The position numbers and the translations under genes are program-made. A stretch of DNA of 64,000 nucleotides from Actinomycetota bacterium (GTDB lineage: Bacteria > Actinomycetota > Actinomycetes > S36-B12): the NCBI GenBank assembly GCA_017857875.1, contig JAFMCH010000002.1, forward strand, positions 55,893 through 119,892. Reading direction: 5' to 3'. Position 1 is the stretch's first letter. Each line of letters starts with the position of its first letter. The notes below the pieces were generated by a model. The model was not told the DNA's origin. It made no database searches and saw nothing but the letters and a program-made list of their open reading frames with translations. This document shows positions 30,775-39,848 of the stretch, one piece after another.

Positions 30775-31313
30775 CGGATCTACTGCCGGACCTTCCTAAG
30801 TTGCATGTAGGTCGTCAACGTGACGTCCTGCGCGCACCACACGCGGCATTGGCCACTACATGCATCGAGGTTGATCCGCACAGCGATGACACGGTGGCGC
30901 TGGCCGCTGACCTGCTGGCCACAATGGATGTATCGCCAGGCTGCGTGGGGCTCGCTGCGAATCAAATTGGCGTGTCGGCGCGCGTGTTCTGCCTCGATGT
31001 CTCTGCTCACCCGAAAGCGCGCACCTGTCACGGACGATTCGTGCTCGTTAATCCAGTGATTGAGGTGGCCACGCGCAAGGAACGGGCACGGGAGGGATGC
31101 ATGTCAGTGCCGGATTTCACCGGCGATGTCCGCCGTGCATCGAGGCTGGAGATCCGTGGATATCTACCCGGCACCGCCGAACCGGTCTTGATCAAGACCG
31201 ATGCCTTCGAGGCCCGCGCAATCCAACATGAAGTCGACCACCTCGATGGCCTGTTGTTCGTCGACCGGGTGGTCGATGCTCGCGCCCTGCATCCCCGCCA
31301 GACCTACCTGTAG
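30771..31313 (+). CDS. def: peptide deformylase
   Basis: The three PDF motifs GLAANQIG, EGCMSVP and QHEVDHLDG are present. Confidence 0.9.
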   Translation: MTDLLPDLPKLHVGRQRDVLRAPHAALATTCIEVDPHSDDTVALAADLLATMDVSPGCVGLAANQIGVSARVFCLDVSAHPKARTCHGRFVLVNPVIEVATRKERAREGCMSVPDFTGDVRRASRLEIRGYLPGTAEPVLIKTDAFEARAIQHEVDHLDGLLFVDRVVDARALHPRQTYL

Positions 31314-31355
31314 CGGCCCGTTCGGACCGCCCCTAGGCCAACGCAAGCGAGCTTG

Positions 31356-31428
31356 TGCCCCCGGAGGGAGTCGAACCCTCACTGTGCCGGGTTTAAGCCG
31401 GGTGTCTCTGCCATTGGACTACGGGGGC
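31356..31428 (-). tRNA. 73-nt class-I tRNA; anticodon reads UAA by hand fold (identity unresolved)
   Basis: Minus-strand fold: GCCCCCG / TA / GTCC-AATGGCAG-AGAC / A / CCCGG-CTTAAAC-CCGGC / ACAGT / GAGGG-TTCGACT-CCCTC / CGGGGGC / A. The acceptor stem has 7/7 pairs and the T stem 5/5. U8, A14, GG in the D loop, U33 and A37 are all present. Confidence 0.75.
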
Positions 31429-31499
31429 GTAGGCAAGGCCTGGCGAACCATTGTGGGTTACGGTAGAGGAAGACCCGATCTTCTCTGAGGAGACCACCC

Positions 31500-32378
31500 A
31501 TGCAGACCACTAATCCGATTCTGTCCCGCATCGATCGCGAAGCCACCGCTCGTGCCCAGACGGGCGGCGCCGGCTTTGCTTATGAAGAGGGCCGCTCCGC
31601 CGTTGCTGCGGCCCAAGCACCGGCCCCCGGCCAGGCGGGCGCAACCCCACGTGTTCCGATGTTTGGCGGGGGGCTCCCGGGCACTTCCGCGCCGGTCACG
31701 TTTGCCGATGTCATGGCCAAAAGTGGCGTGCTGTTCGTTGTGGTCGTGCTCAGCGCGGTCGTCGGCTGGCAACTCGCCAACATCGACGGCCTGGGCACCA
31801 TCGTCGTTTTCGTTGCTATTTTTGCCACGTTGGGTCTGGGTTTGACCAATGCGTTCAAGAAGGTCGTCAGCCCGCCTCTGGTCCTGGCCTACGCACTGGT
31901 TTCTGGCATCATGCTCGGCGCGGTCAGCAACTGGTACAACACCCTCGCGCTGTCGGTGAACTACGAAGGGCTCGTCCTTCAAGCCGTGCTCGCCACCATG
32001 ACCACCTTCGGGGTCATGCTCCTGCTGTACGGCACCGGCATCGTGAAGGTCAACAACCGCTTCATGAAGGTCATGATTGGCGCGATGGCGGCGTACTTTG
32101 TCATCGCCATGGCATCGTTCGTCGGAGCGATGTTCGGCGTTGGCGGTGGCTGGGGCTTCTATGGAGTCGGCACCCTGGGTCTCCTCCTCGCCCTGGCCGG
32201 CGTACTGCTGGCCGCGTTCAGCCTGATGCTCGATTTTGAGGCAATCAAGCAGGGCATCGCGATGGGCCTGCCTGAGCGTGAGTCCTGGCGATTGTCCTTT
32301 GGCCTCCTGGTCACGATCGTCTGGCTATACCTGGAGATTCTTCGTTTCTTGACCCTGCTAGCAGCGGGGCGCGAGTAA
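31500..32378 (+). CDS. Bax inhibitor-1/YccA-family integral membrane protein
   Basis: N-terminal MQTTNPILSR and a Pro/Ala-rich linker are followed by about 7 hydrophobic spans. The layout is as in actinobacterial BI-1-like proteins (family assignment from memory). Confidence 0.65.
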   Translation: MQTTNPILSRIDREATARAQTGGAGFAYEEGRSAVAAAQAPAPGQAGATPRVPMFGGGLPGTSAPVTFADVMAKSGVLFVVVVLSAVVGWQLANIDGLGTIVVFVAIFATLGLGLTNAFKKVVSPPLVLAYALVSGIMLGAVSNWYNTLALSVNYEGLVLQAVLATMTTFGVMLLLYGTGIVKVNNRFMKVMIGAMAAYFVIAMASFVGAMFGVGGGWGFYGVGTLGLLLALAGVLLAAFSLMLDFEAIKQGIAMGLPERESWRLSFGLLVTIVWLYLEILRFLTLLAAGRE

Positions 32379-32399
32379 CACCGTTCGCGCAACGACAGG

Positions 32400-32723
32400 A
32401 TGAACGCTCCGATCGACGACTCGTTTCACCATGAACTACATCGGGTCGTTGACCGGCTGCGTTCGATGCCGGTCTCGCAATTGGAGCGCCCCTGGCACGG
32501 TTATGCATCGCGCGCTGAGGGTGTGCGTGCCCTGGCGCAATGGTGCGTTGAGCGCACGCTGTTGCCGGCAAGTCTCGGGCAGCCGTCGGTTCCAGACGTT
32601 GGACCCCTGGCGGTGGGCGATCAACTCTCCGTGACCTGCATGGATCTGTATCGTGCGCCGCGGTCGCCAGAAGTTCTCGCTGAAGCAGAACGTCGGCTAA
32701 GGGAACTTCGGATTACGCTGTAG
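32400..32723 (+). CDS. hypothetical protein
   Basis: This is a 107-aa ORF with no motif recognised. Its 3' end overlaps the convergent MBL-fold gene by 27 nt. Confidence 0.4.
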   Translation: MNAPIDDSFHHELHRVVDRLRSMPVSQLERPWHGYASRAEGVRALAQWCVERTLLPASLGQPSVPDVGPLAVGDQLSVTCMDLYRAPRSPEVLAEAERRLRELRITL

Positions 32724-33419
32724 AAACCCTCGCACCGCTTCGCGTGCCTGCGAGGAGATTTCGGGTCCGTGAGTGAAAGCGGCGGTGGTGTAGTTGAACT
32801 CGGCCAACACGTGCGCGGTGTGCGCGTTTTGTCGATACGACGTGCACATGGCGGCGATCGGCCAGGTGATACGTGAGCGCATGTTCCAGATTGAATCCCC
32901 CGTAATGAGCACGCCGCTGTCACGATGAAGGAGCGATATGTGTCCGGGAGTGTGTCCGGGGGTGTGGATCACTTCAAGTTCGCTGCCGATGTCTATCACT
33001 TCACCGTCGGTCAACTCGCGGGCCACCTTGACCGGCTCAAACCCACCACCTGGCAGGCGATTAACGAGTGCGCCGAGCCGCGTTGTCGCATCTGCAGGGG
33101 CTGATGATCCGGCGCGAATGAACGGTGCGTCGTCGCGATGCACGTCAATACCCATGGCAGCCGAATCTCTCACGAGAATGGCTGCCCCACCAGCGTGATC
33201 AGCGTGAGCGTGGGTCAGCAGGATACGTGTGACGTCCTGCGGTGATTTCCCGATCGCGGCGAGACCGCGAACAATCGTGCCGGGTGCTCGCTTCAACCCA
33301 CAATCAATCAGCGTGACGCTGTCGTCGTCGTCAATAATCGCGAAACTGTTGATGAAGTTGCCGAGGGTCGGTATGCGATAGATCTGACGACCGAGGGGAA
33401 CTATTGGCGTTGCGCTCAC
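32697..33419 (-). CDS. MBL-fold metallo-hydrolase
   Basis: The metallo-beta-lactamase motif LLTHAHADHAGG is present, with a later HTPGHTPGH. Confidence 0.85.
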   Translation of the reverse strand: MSATPIVPLGRQIYRIPTLGNFINSFAIIDDDDSVTLIDCGLKRAPGTIVRGLAAIGKSPQDVTRILLTHAHADHAGGAAILVRDSAAMGIDVHRDDAPFIRAGSSAPADATTRLGALVNRLPGGGFEPVKVARELTDGEVIDIGSELEVIHTPGHTPGHISLLHRDSGVLITGDSIWNMRSRITWPIAAMCTSYRQNAHTAHVLAEFNYTTAAFTHGPEISSQAREAVRGFLQRNPKFP

Positions 33420-33443
33420 GGTCTCAGCGTAGGCTCTGCACCC

Positions 33444-34823
33444 ATGCGCGTTGTTGAATCTGTTGTAGATCTCATTGGCGACACTCCGCTCGTACGTTTG
33501 CGGCGGGTGACCGAGGGCATCGCGTGTCCGGTTTATGCGAAGGTCGAGTACGTCAACCCGGGCGGTTCAGTCAAGGACCGCATCGCCTCGCGAATGATCG
33601 AGACTGCTGAGGCCCGTGGCGATCTAGCGCCCGGTGGCACGATTGTTGAGCCCACGAGCGGCAACACCGGGGTTGGGTTGGCCTTGATCGCCCAGCAACG
33701 GGGCTACCACTGCATTTTTGTCTGCCCTGACAAAGTGAGTCAGGACAAGCAGAACGTGCTGCGGGCCTATGGCGCAGAGGTGATCGAATGCCCCACCGCC
33801 GTGGAGCCAGATGACCCCCGCAGTTACTACAGCGTGAGCGACCGCTTAGCTCGAGATATCCCCGGTGCCTGGAAGCCTGATCAGTACTCCAACCCTGATA
33901 ACCCTCGATCGCACTATGAGACGACCGGCCCGGAGTTATGGCAACAGACCGAGCACCGCATTACCGATTTCGTCGCGGGAGTGGGAACGGGTGGCACCAT
34001 CACCGGAACTGGGCGATACCTGAAGGAGGCCAGCAACGGTCGGGTGCGCATTATTGGTGCAGACCCGGTGGGTTCTGTCTACTCGGGTGGAACGGGCCGC
34101 CCATACCTGGTTGAAGGTGTCGGCGAAGATTTCTGGCCGACGAGTTACGACCCGGAGATCGCCGATCAGATTGTGGCCGTCAGTGACGCTGACGCATTCG
34201 CCATGACTCGTCGGCTGGCCCGAGAAGAAGGTCTATTGGTGGGCGGCTCATGCGGCATGGCCGTTGTTGCTGCGCTTGAGATTGCTCGTCAGCGCGGACC
34301 AGAGGATTACGTTGTGGTGCTGCTTCCTGATTCTGGTCGTGGATATTTATCGAAGGTGTTCAACGACGACTGGTTGGCGTCTTATGGATTTGCTACCGGT
34401 GGTCAGGATGCGGCCTCGCAAGAGCGCACGGTTCACGATGTGTTGCGCCACAAAGCAGGTGATCTCCCTGCGCTGGTGCACACGCACCCGACCGAGACTA
34501 TTCGCGACGCGATCAACATCATGCGCGAATTCGGAGTGTCACAGTTGCCGGTGGTCAAGGCCGAGCCGCCGGTCGTGGCTGCCGAGGTGGTGGGTTCGGT
34601 GGCTGAGCGCGATCTATTGGATGCACTGTTCAACGAACGTGCGACGCTAGCGGACACTGTTGAAGCGCACATGAACGAAAAACTTCCGCAGATCGGTGCT
34701 GGCGAATCCGTGTCCAATGCCATTGCGGCTCTGCATGAAGATGATGCCGTCTTGGTGTTGGAATCTGGCCAGCCGATCGGCGTCCTGTCGCGCTCGGACC
34801 TGCTGGGCCACTTGAGCGCTTAG
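33444..34823 (+). CDS. cbs: cystathionine beta-synthase
   Basis: A PLP fold-II domain (NPGGSVKDR, SGNTG, GTGGT) is followed by tandem C-terminal CBS domains. Length is 459 aa. Confidence 0.9.
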   Translation: MRVVESVVDLIGDTPLVRLRRVTEGIACPVYAKVEYVNPGGSVKDRIASRMIETAEARGDLAPGGTIVEPTSGNTGVGLALIAQQRGYHCIFVCPDKVSQDKQNVLRAYGAEVIECPTAVEPDDPRSYYSVSDRLARDIPGAWKPDQYSNPDNPRSHYETTGPELWQQTEHRITDFVAGVGTGGTITGTGRYLKEASNGRVRIIGADPVGSVYSGGTGRPYLVEGVGEDFWPTSYDPEIADQIVAVSDADAFAMTRRLAREEGLLVGGSCGMAVVAALEIARQRGPEDYVVVLLPDSGRGYLSKVFNDDWLASYGFATGGQDAASQERTVHDVLRHKAGDLPALVHTHPTETIRDAINIMREFGVSQLPVVKAEPPVVAAEVVGSVAERDLLDALFNERATLADTVEAHMNEKLPQIGAGESVSNAIAALHEDDAVLVLESGQPIGVLSRSDLLGHLSA

Positions 34824-35512
34824 AAGTCGGGGAGAGACACCCCACTGGCTGAATGACACCGGTAGCCATTGGGCACCTTGTAGAGGTATTGCTGGTGGTA
34901 GCCCTCAGCGAAGTAGAACGGCCAATCAGATGCCGGTGCGATCTCGGTGGTGATCTGTGGGTAGCCCCTCGCCGCGAGCGCGGGGCCATATGCGTCAGCA
35001 CTGCGAGTGACAAGGTCTTGCTGCTCGGCTGATGTGGTGTAAATGGCGCTTCGGTACTGGGTGCCCGTGTCGTTGCCCTGGCGGAAACCCTGGGTGGGAT
35101 CGTGCTGTTCCCAGAAGTGGCGAAGAATCGTTTCGGTGGAGATGACCTCTGGTCGGTAAGCGACCATGACCGCCTCTGTGTGCCCGGTCTTGCCGGTGCA
35201 GACCTCCTCGTAGGTGGGGTGTGGTGTGTAGCCGCCTTGGTAGCCCACCGCTGTTGTGTACACCCCGGGCAGCCGCCAGTAGATTTCCTCGGCTCCCCAA
35301 AAGCAACCCATGCCCAAATAGATGACCGCTAGGTCACCTGGCCACGGCTGTTCGGGTAGGTCTCGCAACGGGGTACCCAAGACGGCATGATCGGCCGGGA
35401 TGGTGAAGGGGTAGTCAGATCGACCCGGCAGCGCGGTATCAGCGTCGACCATGCGGGATTTGCGACCGAGGAGCCCGGCGAAGACATCGGAGCCCATATC
35501 TGAAAGTGCCAT
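34820..35512 (-). CDS. msrA: peptide-methionine (S)-S-oxide reductase
   Basis: The active-site motif GMGCFWGAE is present. Length is 230 aa. Confidence 0.92.
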   Translation of the reverse strand: MALSDMGSDVFAGLLGRKSRMVDADTALPGRSDYPFTIPADHAVLGTPLRDLPEQPWPGDLAVIYLGMGCFWGAEEIYWRLPGVYTTAVGYQGGYTPHPTYEEVCTGKTGHTEAVMVAYRPEVISTETILRHFWEQHDPTQGFRQGNDTGTQYRSAIYTTSAEQQDLVTRSADAYGPALAARGYPQITTEIAPASDWPFYFAEGYHQQYLYKVPNGYRCHSASGVSLPDF

Positions 35513-35595
35513 GGGGTCACCCTACGTCGGGTGCGCCCTACGTGCCTGGCCCTGGGCTGCGGACAATGAGGCGCGCGGGGCCTAGGCTGAGATCC

Positions 35596-36762
35596 ATGAC
35601 CACATGGGACGCTGCGGGCTTTGACACACGTGCTATTCACGCCGGGCAGGAACCCGACCCGCTCACCGGAGCTGTGGTTCCTGCGGTCTACCAAGTATCA
35701 ACGTTTGCCCAAGACGGCGTAGGCGGGCTACGCGGGGGTTATGAGTATTCACGAAGCGGCAACCCGACACGCACCGCACTGCAGGAATGTCTGGCCAGCC
35801 TCGAAGCGCCCGGAATCGACCAGGCTCGAGGCTTGGCCTTCGCATCTGGTCTTGCCGCCGAAGACACGCTGTTGCGTGTGATCGGTGCACCCGGAGGCCA
35901 CGCCATCATCGGTAACGACACCTACGGGGGCACCTACCGGTTGTTCTCTCAGGTGGCGCTGCCCTGGGGACTGGAGCACACCGCTGTTGATCTCACCGAT
36001 CTTGATGCCGTGCGCGCTGCCATTATCGCGGGGCGAACCTCGATCATCTGGGCCGAAACCCCAACAAATCCGCTCCTGACCGTGGTTGACATTGCCGCGT
36101 TGGCCGAGATCGCCCATGCCAACGGGGCGCTTTTGGTGATCGACAACACGTTTGCGTCGCCGTACCTGCAACGCCCAATTGAGCATGGTGCCGATGTCGT
36201 CGTGCATTCGACCACCAAGTACCTCGGTGGGCACAGCGATGTCGTAGGTGGTGCGCTCGTTGTCGCTGACGGTGAATTGGCTGAAAGAGTCGCCTATCAC
36301 CAAAACGCGATGGGAGCGATACCTGGCCCCTGGGACTCATGGCTGGTGCTGAGAGGCATCAAGACTCTTGGGGTGCGGATGGATCGTCATTGCTCGAATG
36401 CCCGAGCCATCGTCAGTATGTTGTCGGACCATCCGCGAGTCACGCAGGTGCTCTATCCCGGAATCCCGACCCACGCTGGACACGCTGTTGCGCAACGACA
36501 AATGAGTGATTTCGGCGGCATGATTTCGTTCCGCGTAACCGGTGGTGCCGATGAGGCCGTGGCCATTTGTGGTCGTACGACCGTCTTCACTTTGGCGGAG
36601 TCACTTGGCGGCGTTGAATCCCTCATAGAACATCCCGGGCGCATGACACATGCATCTGTCGCGGGATCAGCCCTTGAGGTGCCCGACGATCTCATCCGGT
36701 TGTCCGTGGGTATCGAAAGTGTTGACGATTTGATGACCGACCTGACCAAAGCCCTTCAGTGA
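35596..36762 (+). CDS. cystathionine gamma-lyase/gamma-synthase (Cys/Met-metabolism PLP family)
   Basis: The PLP-lysine motif HSTTKYLGGHSDVVGG is present, with N-terminal FDTRAIHAGQ. I chose the ATG at 35596, because upstream ORF codons overlap the msrA start. Confidence 0.9.
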   Translation: MTTWDAAGFDTRAIHAGQEPDPLTGAVVPAVYQVSTFAQDGVGGLRGGYEYSRSGNPTRTALQECLASLEAPGIDQARGLAFASGLAAEDTLLRVIGAPGGHAIIGNDTYGGTYRLFSQVALPWGLEHTAVDLTDLDAVRAAIIAGRTSIIWAETPTNPLLTVVDIAALAEIAHANGALLVIDNTFASPYLQRPIEHGADVVVHSTTKYLGGHSDVVGGALVVADGELAERVAYHQNAMGAIPGPWDSWLVLRGIKTLGVRMDRHCSNARAIVSMLSDHPRVTQVLYPGIPTHAGHAVAQRQMSDFGGMISFRVTGGADEAVAICGRTTVFTLAESLGGVESLIEHPGRMTHASVAGSALEVPDDLIRLSVGIESVDDLMTDLTKALQ

Positions 36763-38210
36763 GGGAGCCCGGTGCGCTCGGTTGGCCGCGTGGCGACTTC
36801 GCCGTTGACATCGCGGCCCGGGTGCGCGCCGGTGACCTGACTGCTCGCCAGGCAACCACAGAGGCCTTGCAACGTATTGCCGCCTACGACAGTGACATCA
36901 ATGCGTTCGCCGTCGTGCGTGCCGAGCGAGCCTTGATCGAGGCTGACGTGATTGATCAGCGATCTGATCGAGCCGCTCTGCCACTCGCAGGTGTGCCGGT
37001 GGTGGTGAAGGACAATATCGCCGTTGCTGGCGAGCCCATGCGCAATGGATCGGCCACGACCTCGGCGGTGCCACAGATGACAGACCATCCGGTTGTGCAA
37101 CGCATTCGTGACGCCGGGGGCGTCATTGTCGGGATCACGCGCGTACCGGAGTTCTGCGTCTTCGGTGCAACGGACTCGGTGTTTGGAGTGACCCGCAACC
37201 CGTGGAATCTCGGTCGCACCCCCGGGGGATCCAGTGGTGGCTCGGCGGCTGCGGTGGCAGCGGGAATCGTGCCGCTTGCCCACGGGAATGACGCAATGGG
37301 CAGTATTCGAATTCCAGCCGCCTGCACTGGTCTGGTGGGCATTAAGCCTGGAATAGGTGTGGTGCCGGCTCACCTGGGTGCGACGGACTGGTTTGGTCTT
37401 GCCGAGAACGGCCCACTCGCCAGGTCAGTCGCTGATGCAGCACTTTTCTTATCGGTGATGGCCCAACAACCTGACCTCGCAGATGTGTGTATGCCCCAAC
37501 GGATCAGGATTGCGATGTCGACCAGACGTCCGGTGGCTGGCCTGCCGCTCGATAGCGGGTGGGCAGCTGCTGTTGAGCGGGCAGCGGCCGTGGCACGGAT
37601 GATGGGGCACGACGTTCGGCGTGATGATCCGACGTATCCCACCGGTGCTGCCGTGTCGGGCATTGCTCGTTGGTTGGCTGGCGCTGCCACCGATGTCGAG
37701 GAGGTGGGTGTTGGCCCGTCGCGAGTCGCGGCTAATGGAGCCCGACTTGAGCCCCGCGTGTATCGGCATGCTGCACTTGGTCGTGGCATTTTGGGTCGCC
37801 GCTGGTTGCGCGAGCCGATGCTCGGCCCGAAACTTCGAGATTCATGGGTGCGCCGAGCAACAGCGTTTCTCACTGAGTACGACGTGCTGCTCACGCCGGC
37901 GTTGGCACAGCCGCCATTGGAGTCTAGGCGTTGGCATGATGCGGGCTGGATCGTAAACATGATCACCAATGCGAGTTATGCGCCCTTTGCCGCTCCGTGG
38001 AATGTCGCAGGGTTTCCGGCGATGGTGATACCTGTTGGTGTGCACCCAGACTCGGGTACACCAGTTGCGGTGCAATTGGTTGCGCGTCCCGGCCGCGAGA
38101 AAATGCTGATTGGATTGGCCGCGAGTATTGAAGCTGAATTAGCCGCCTCAGTGGTGTCAGCATCTGATGAGCGCCTCGAGAGTCGCTCCTCCGTTATCGC
38201 CGAATCCTAG
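36759..38210 (+). CDS. amidase (amidase-signature family)
   Basis: The AS-family motif GGSSGGSAAAVA is present with a conserved upstream K. The last 54 nt overlap the convergent histidine kinase gene. Confidence 0.85.
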   Translation: MREPGALGWPRGDFAVDIAARVRAGDLTARQATTEALQRIAAYDSDINAFAVVRAERALIEADVIDQRSDRAALPLAGVPVVVKDNIAVAGEPMRNGSATTSAVPQMTDHPVVQRIRDAGGVIVGITRVPEFCVFGATDSVFGVTRNPWNLGRTPGGSSGGSAAAVAAGIVPLAHGNDAMGSIRIPAACTGLVGIKPGIGVVPAHLGATDWFGLAENGPLARSVADAALFLSVMAQQPDLADVCMPQRIRIAMSTRRPVAGLPLDSGWAAAVERAAAVARMMGHDVRRDDPTYPTGAAVSGIARWLAGAATDVEEVGVGPSRVAANGARLEPRVYRHAALGRGILGRRWLREPMLGPKLRDSWVRRATAFLTEYDVLLTPALAQPPLESRRWHDAGWIVNMITNASYAPFAAPWNVAGFPAMVIPVGVHPDSGTPVAVQLVARPGREKMLIGLAASIEAELAASVVSASDERLESRSSVIAES

Positions 38211-39848
38211 GTAGTACGAACCGCCACTGAGTTCGTCAAGGAACCTCATGCCGACGCCCTCCTTTCGATTCTTTCCCACTGGTCCGACTCCATTGTCTGA
38301 CACACGAAGTCGAAAATTGTTTGGGTCTGCAGGAGGCCAGCGTTCGAGTGACGCACTAACTTCTGTCGCCAAACCGTGCCGAACGGAATTGGTCACGCAC
38401 TCTTGGAGCACCAAAAAGAACAGTGTTTGTTGAACTAAAGTGAGGTTTCCGGTGCTGTTGACAAAGTGCATCGTGAGAACTGGAGCCCATTCATCTTGAA
38501 GCTGTGCCATCCGATCTTCAAGCGTGGTGGTCTGCTGCTCGATAAATTCCGCCTTTGCGTCAGTAATGATGCTGAGCACTCGTTCTTCGATCTCGCCCGG
38601 GTTGAATTGCGCGCCAGTGGGATAGCCCATCTTGAGAGCCAAGACTCGGTTTTGCACCGTGCTGTGGAGATGCTGGGCCAATCGCCGCTTGACAAACGAG
38701 TCCACCGCACGGCTTATCGAACCGCCCATCGAGATGTCGGTCTGCCAAAGATCCGAACCCGCCTGTTGGCTTATTGGCGGTAATTGAAGCAGTGAAAAGA
38801 TGGAAATTACCAGGGTGAACAGCATGAGAATCACAAGGTTTTGCGGAATTGAGATGGCCAGGGTCAAGAGAGTCGGGCCACCTAGAAGCAGGTATTGATT
38901 AACGAGCACGACTAAAACGCTCAGCGTAGTGAGAACGCCGAGGTAGCTGGCGATAGCCAGCCACCCTCGCATCAACAGGCTCTTTTGGAAAAAATTCTGC
39001 GCAATTCGCAATCCAGCAGCAAGGATGATGAAGTCAATAATTGCTGCCGGTATGACTGCTGCTATGCGGTCGGGAGCCAGAAAGAGATTCGAACCGATCA
39101 ATCCAATGAAGTACAACGCTGCTGCCACGAAAGGTAGTTCGAATGGGCGGAGCACTACTGAGTCTCGCGTGGCACCGCGCAGAATCAAGTACCTGTCAGC
39201 CCATGAACGACGGGTGAATCCGCGGGCCATGAGTGGCTTTATGCATTCAGCGATGGCTTTGTCGCTGGCTTCGAATGCGGCCAGGTTGCCGGTGCTCTTG
39301 GCTAATTGATCGCTGACCGTGGCTGATAGCTCATCAAAGACGGCCGATACGCCACCAATCAATTGCGTGGGAGTGGTGGCCGATTGTTCTGCTTCCAGTT
39401 GGAGTCTTTGCCGCGTGCGGTAGTTGTTGCGGGCGATTTCGATCAGTGACATGGCAACAATGGCAACACCCCCGAGAAGCATTGCGGTGAGAAGGGTCAG
39501 GGGAGTGAGACTGGCAGGCACCGCCCCGAGCAATCGTTCGGCGACGTGCCCGACAAGGAGCACGACGACGCCCATCGCAGCGCCAAAGATGAAGACAAAC
39601 ATGGCGTGGACGGGTGTTTGGTATCTGGCTCGGAAGATCGTGGCCTTCGCTGCTTCGGCGAGCACCCAGACCACCGCGAGCAGGAGGAACCCAACGAGTA
39701 ATCGGGTGCCGATACTCGACAGTGCTGGTGCAGGCGTGAAGACAAGACTGATTGCGATGACAGTCGGAATTCCGAAGAGCAGGAACTGATGTCTAACCAG
39801 GAGGCTAGACCCGCCGATAGCCGAGAGATTTTCTCCGAACTTAGGCAT
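38157..39848 (-). CDS. polytopic membrane sensor histidine kinase (NarL/LuxR-partner, HisKA_3-like)
   Basis: By eye there are about 8-9 hydrophobic spans. A degenerate H-box (RRLAQHLHSTVQNRVLAL), N-box (ECVTNSVRHG) and G-boxes (DNGVG, GVGMRFL) are present. The ATG at 39848 overlaps the response-regulator stop (ATGCCTAA). An alternative GTG start lies at 39863. Confidence 0.7.
   Translation of the reverse strand: MPKFGENLSAIGGSSLLVRHQFLLFGIPTVIAISLVFTPAPALSSIGTRLLVGFLLLAVVWVLAEAAKATIFRARYQTPVHAMFVFIFGAAMGVVVLLVGHVAERLLGAVPASLTPLTLLTAMLLGGVAIVAMSLIEIARNNYRTRQRLQLEAEQSATTPTQLIGGVSAVFDELSATVSDQLAKSTGNLAAFEASDKAIAECIKPLMARGFTRRSWADRYLILRGATRDSVVLRPFELPFVAAALYFIGLIGSNLFLAPDRIAAVIPAAIIDFIILAAGLRIAQNFFQKSLLMRGWLAIASYLGVLTTLSVLVVLVNQYLLLGGPTLLTLAISIPQNLVILMLFTLVISIFSLLQLPPISQQAGSDLWQTDISMGGSISRAVDSFVKRRLAQHLHSTVQNRVLALKMGYPTGAQFNPGEIEERVLSIITDAKAEFIEQQTTTLEDRMAQLQDEWAPVLTMHFVNSTGNLTLVQQTLFFLVLQECVTNSVRHGLATEVSASLERWPPADPNNFRLRVSDNGVGPVGKNRKEGVGMRFLDELSGGSYYLGFGDNGGATLEALIRC

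Noticed and set aside
31331-31355. A short CAAGC-GA-GCTTG inverted repeat just 3' of the unusual tRNA, as a terminator
   Set aside because: The loop has only 2 nt and the stem only 5 bp, with no T-tract. It is not convincing as a terminator.
33420-33443. A possible SAM or other riboswitch upstream of cbs or the cystathionine gamma-lyase gene (35513-35595)
   Set aside because: The intergenic spacers are only 24 nt and about 83 nt. That is too short for known S-box or SAM-IV type aptamers, and no conserved aptamer cores were seen.
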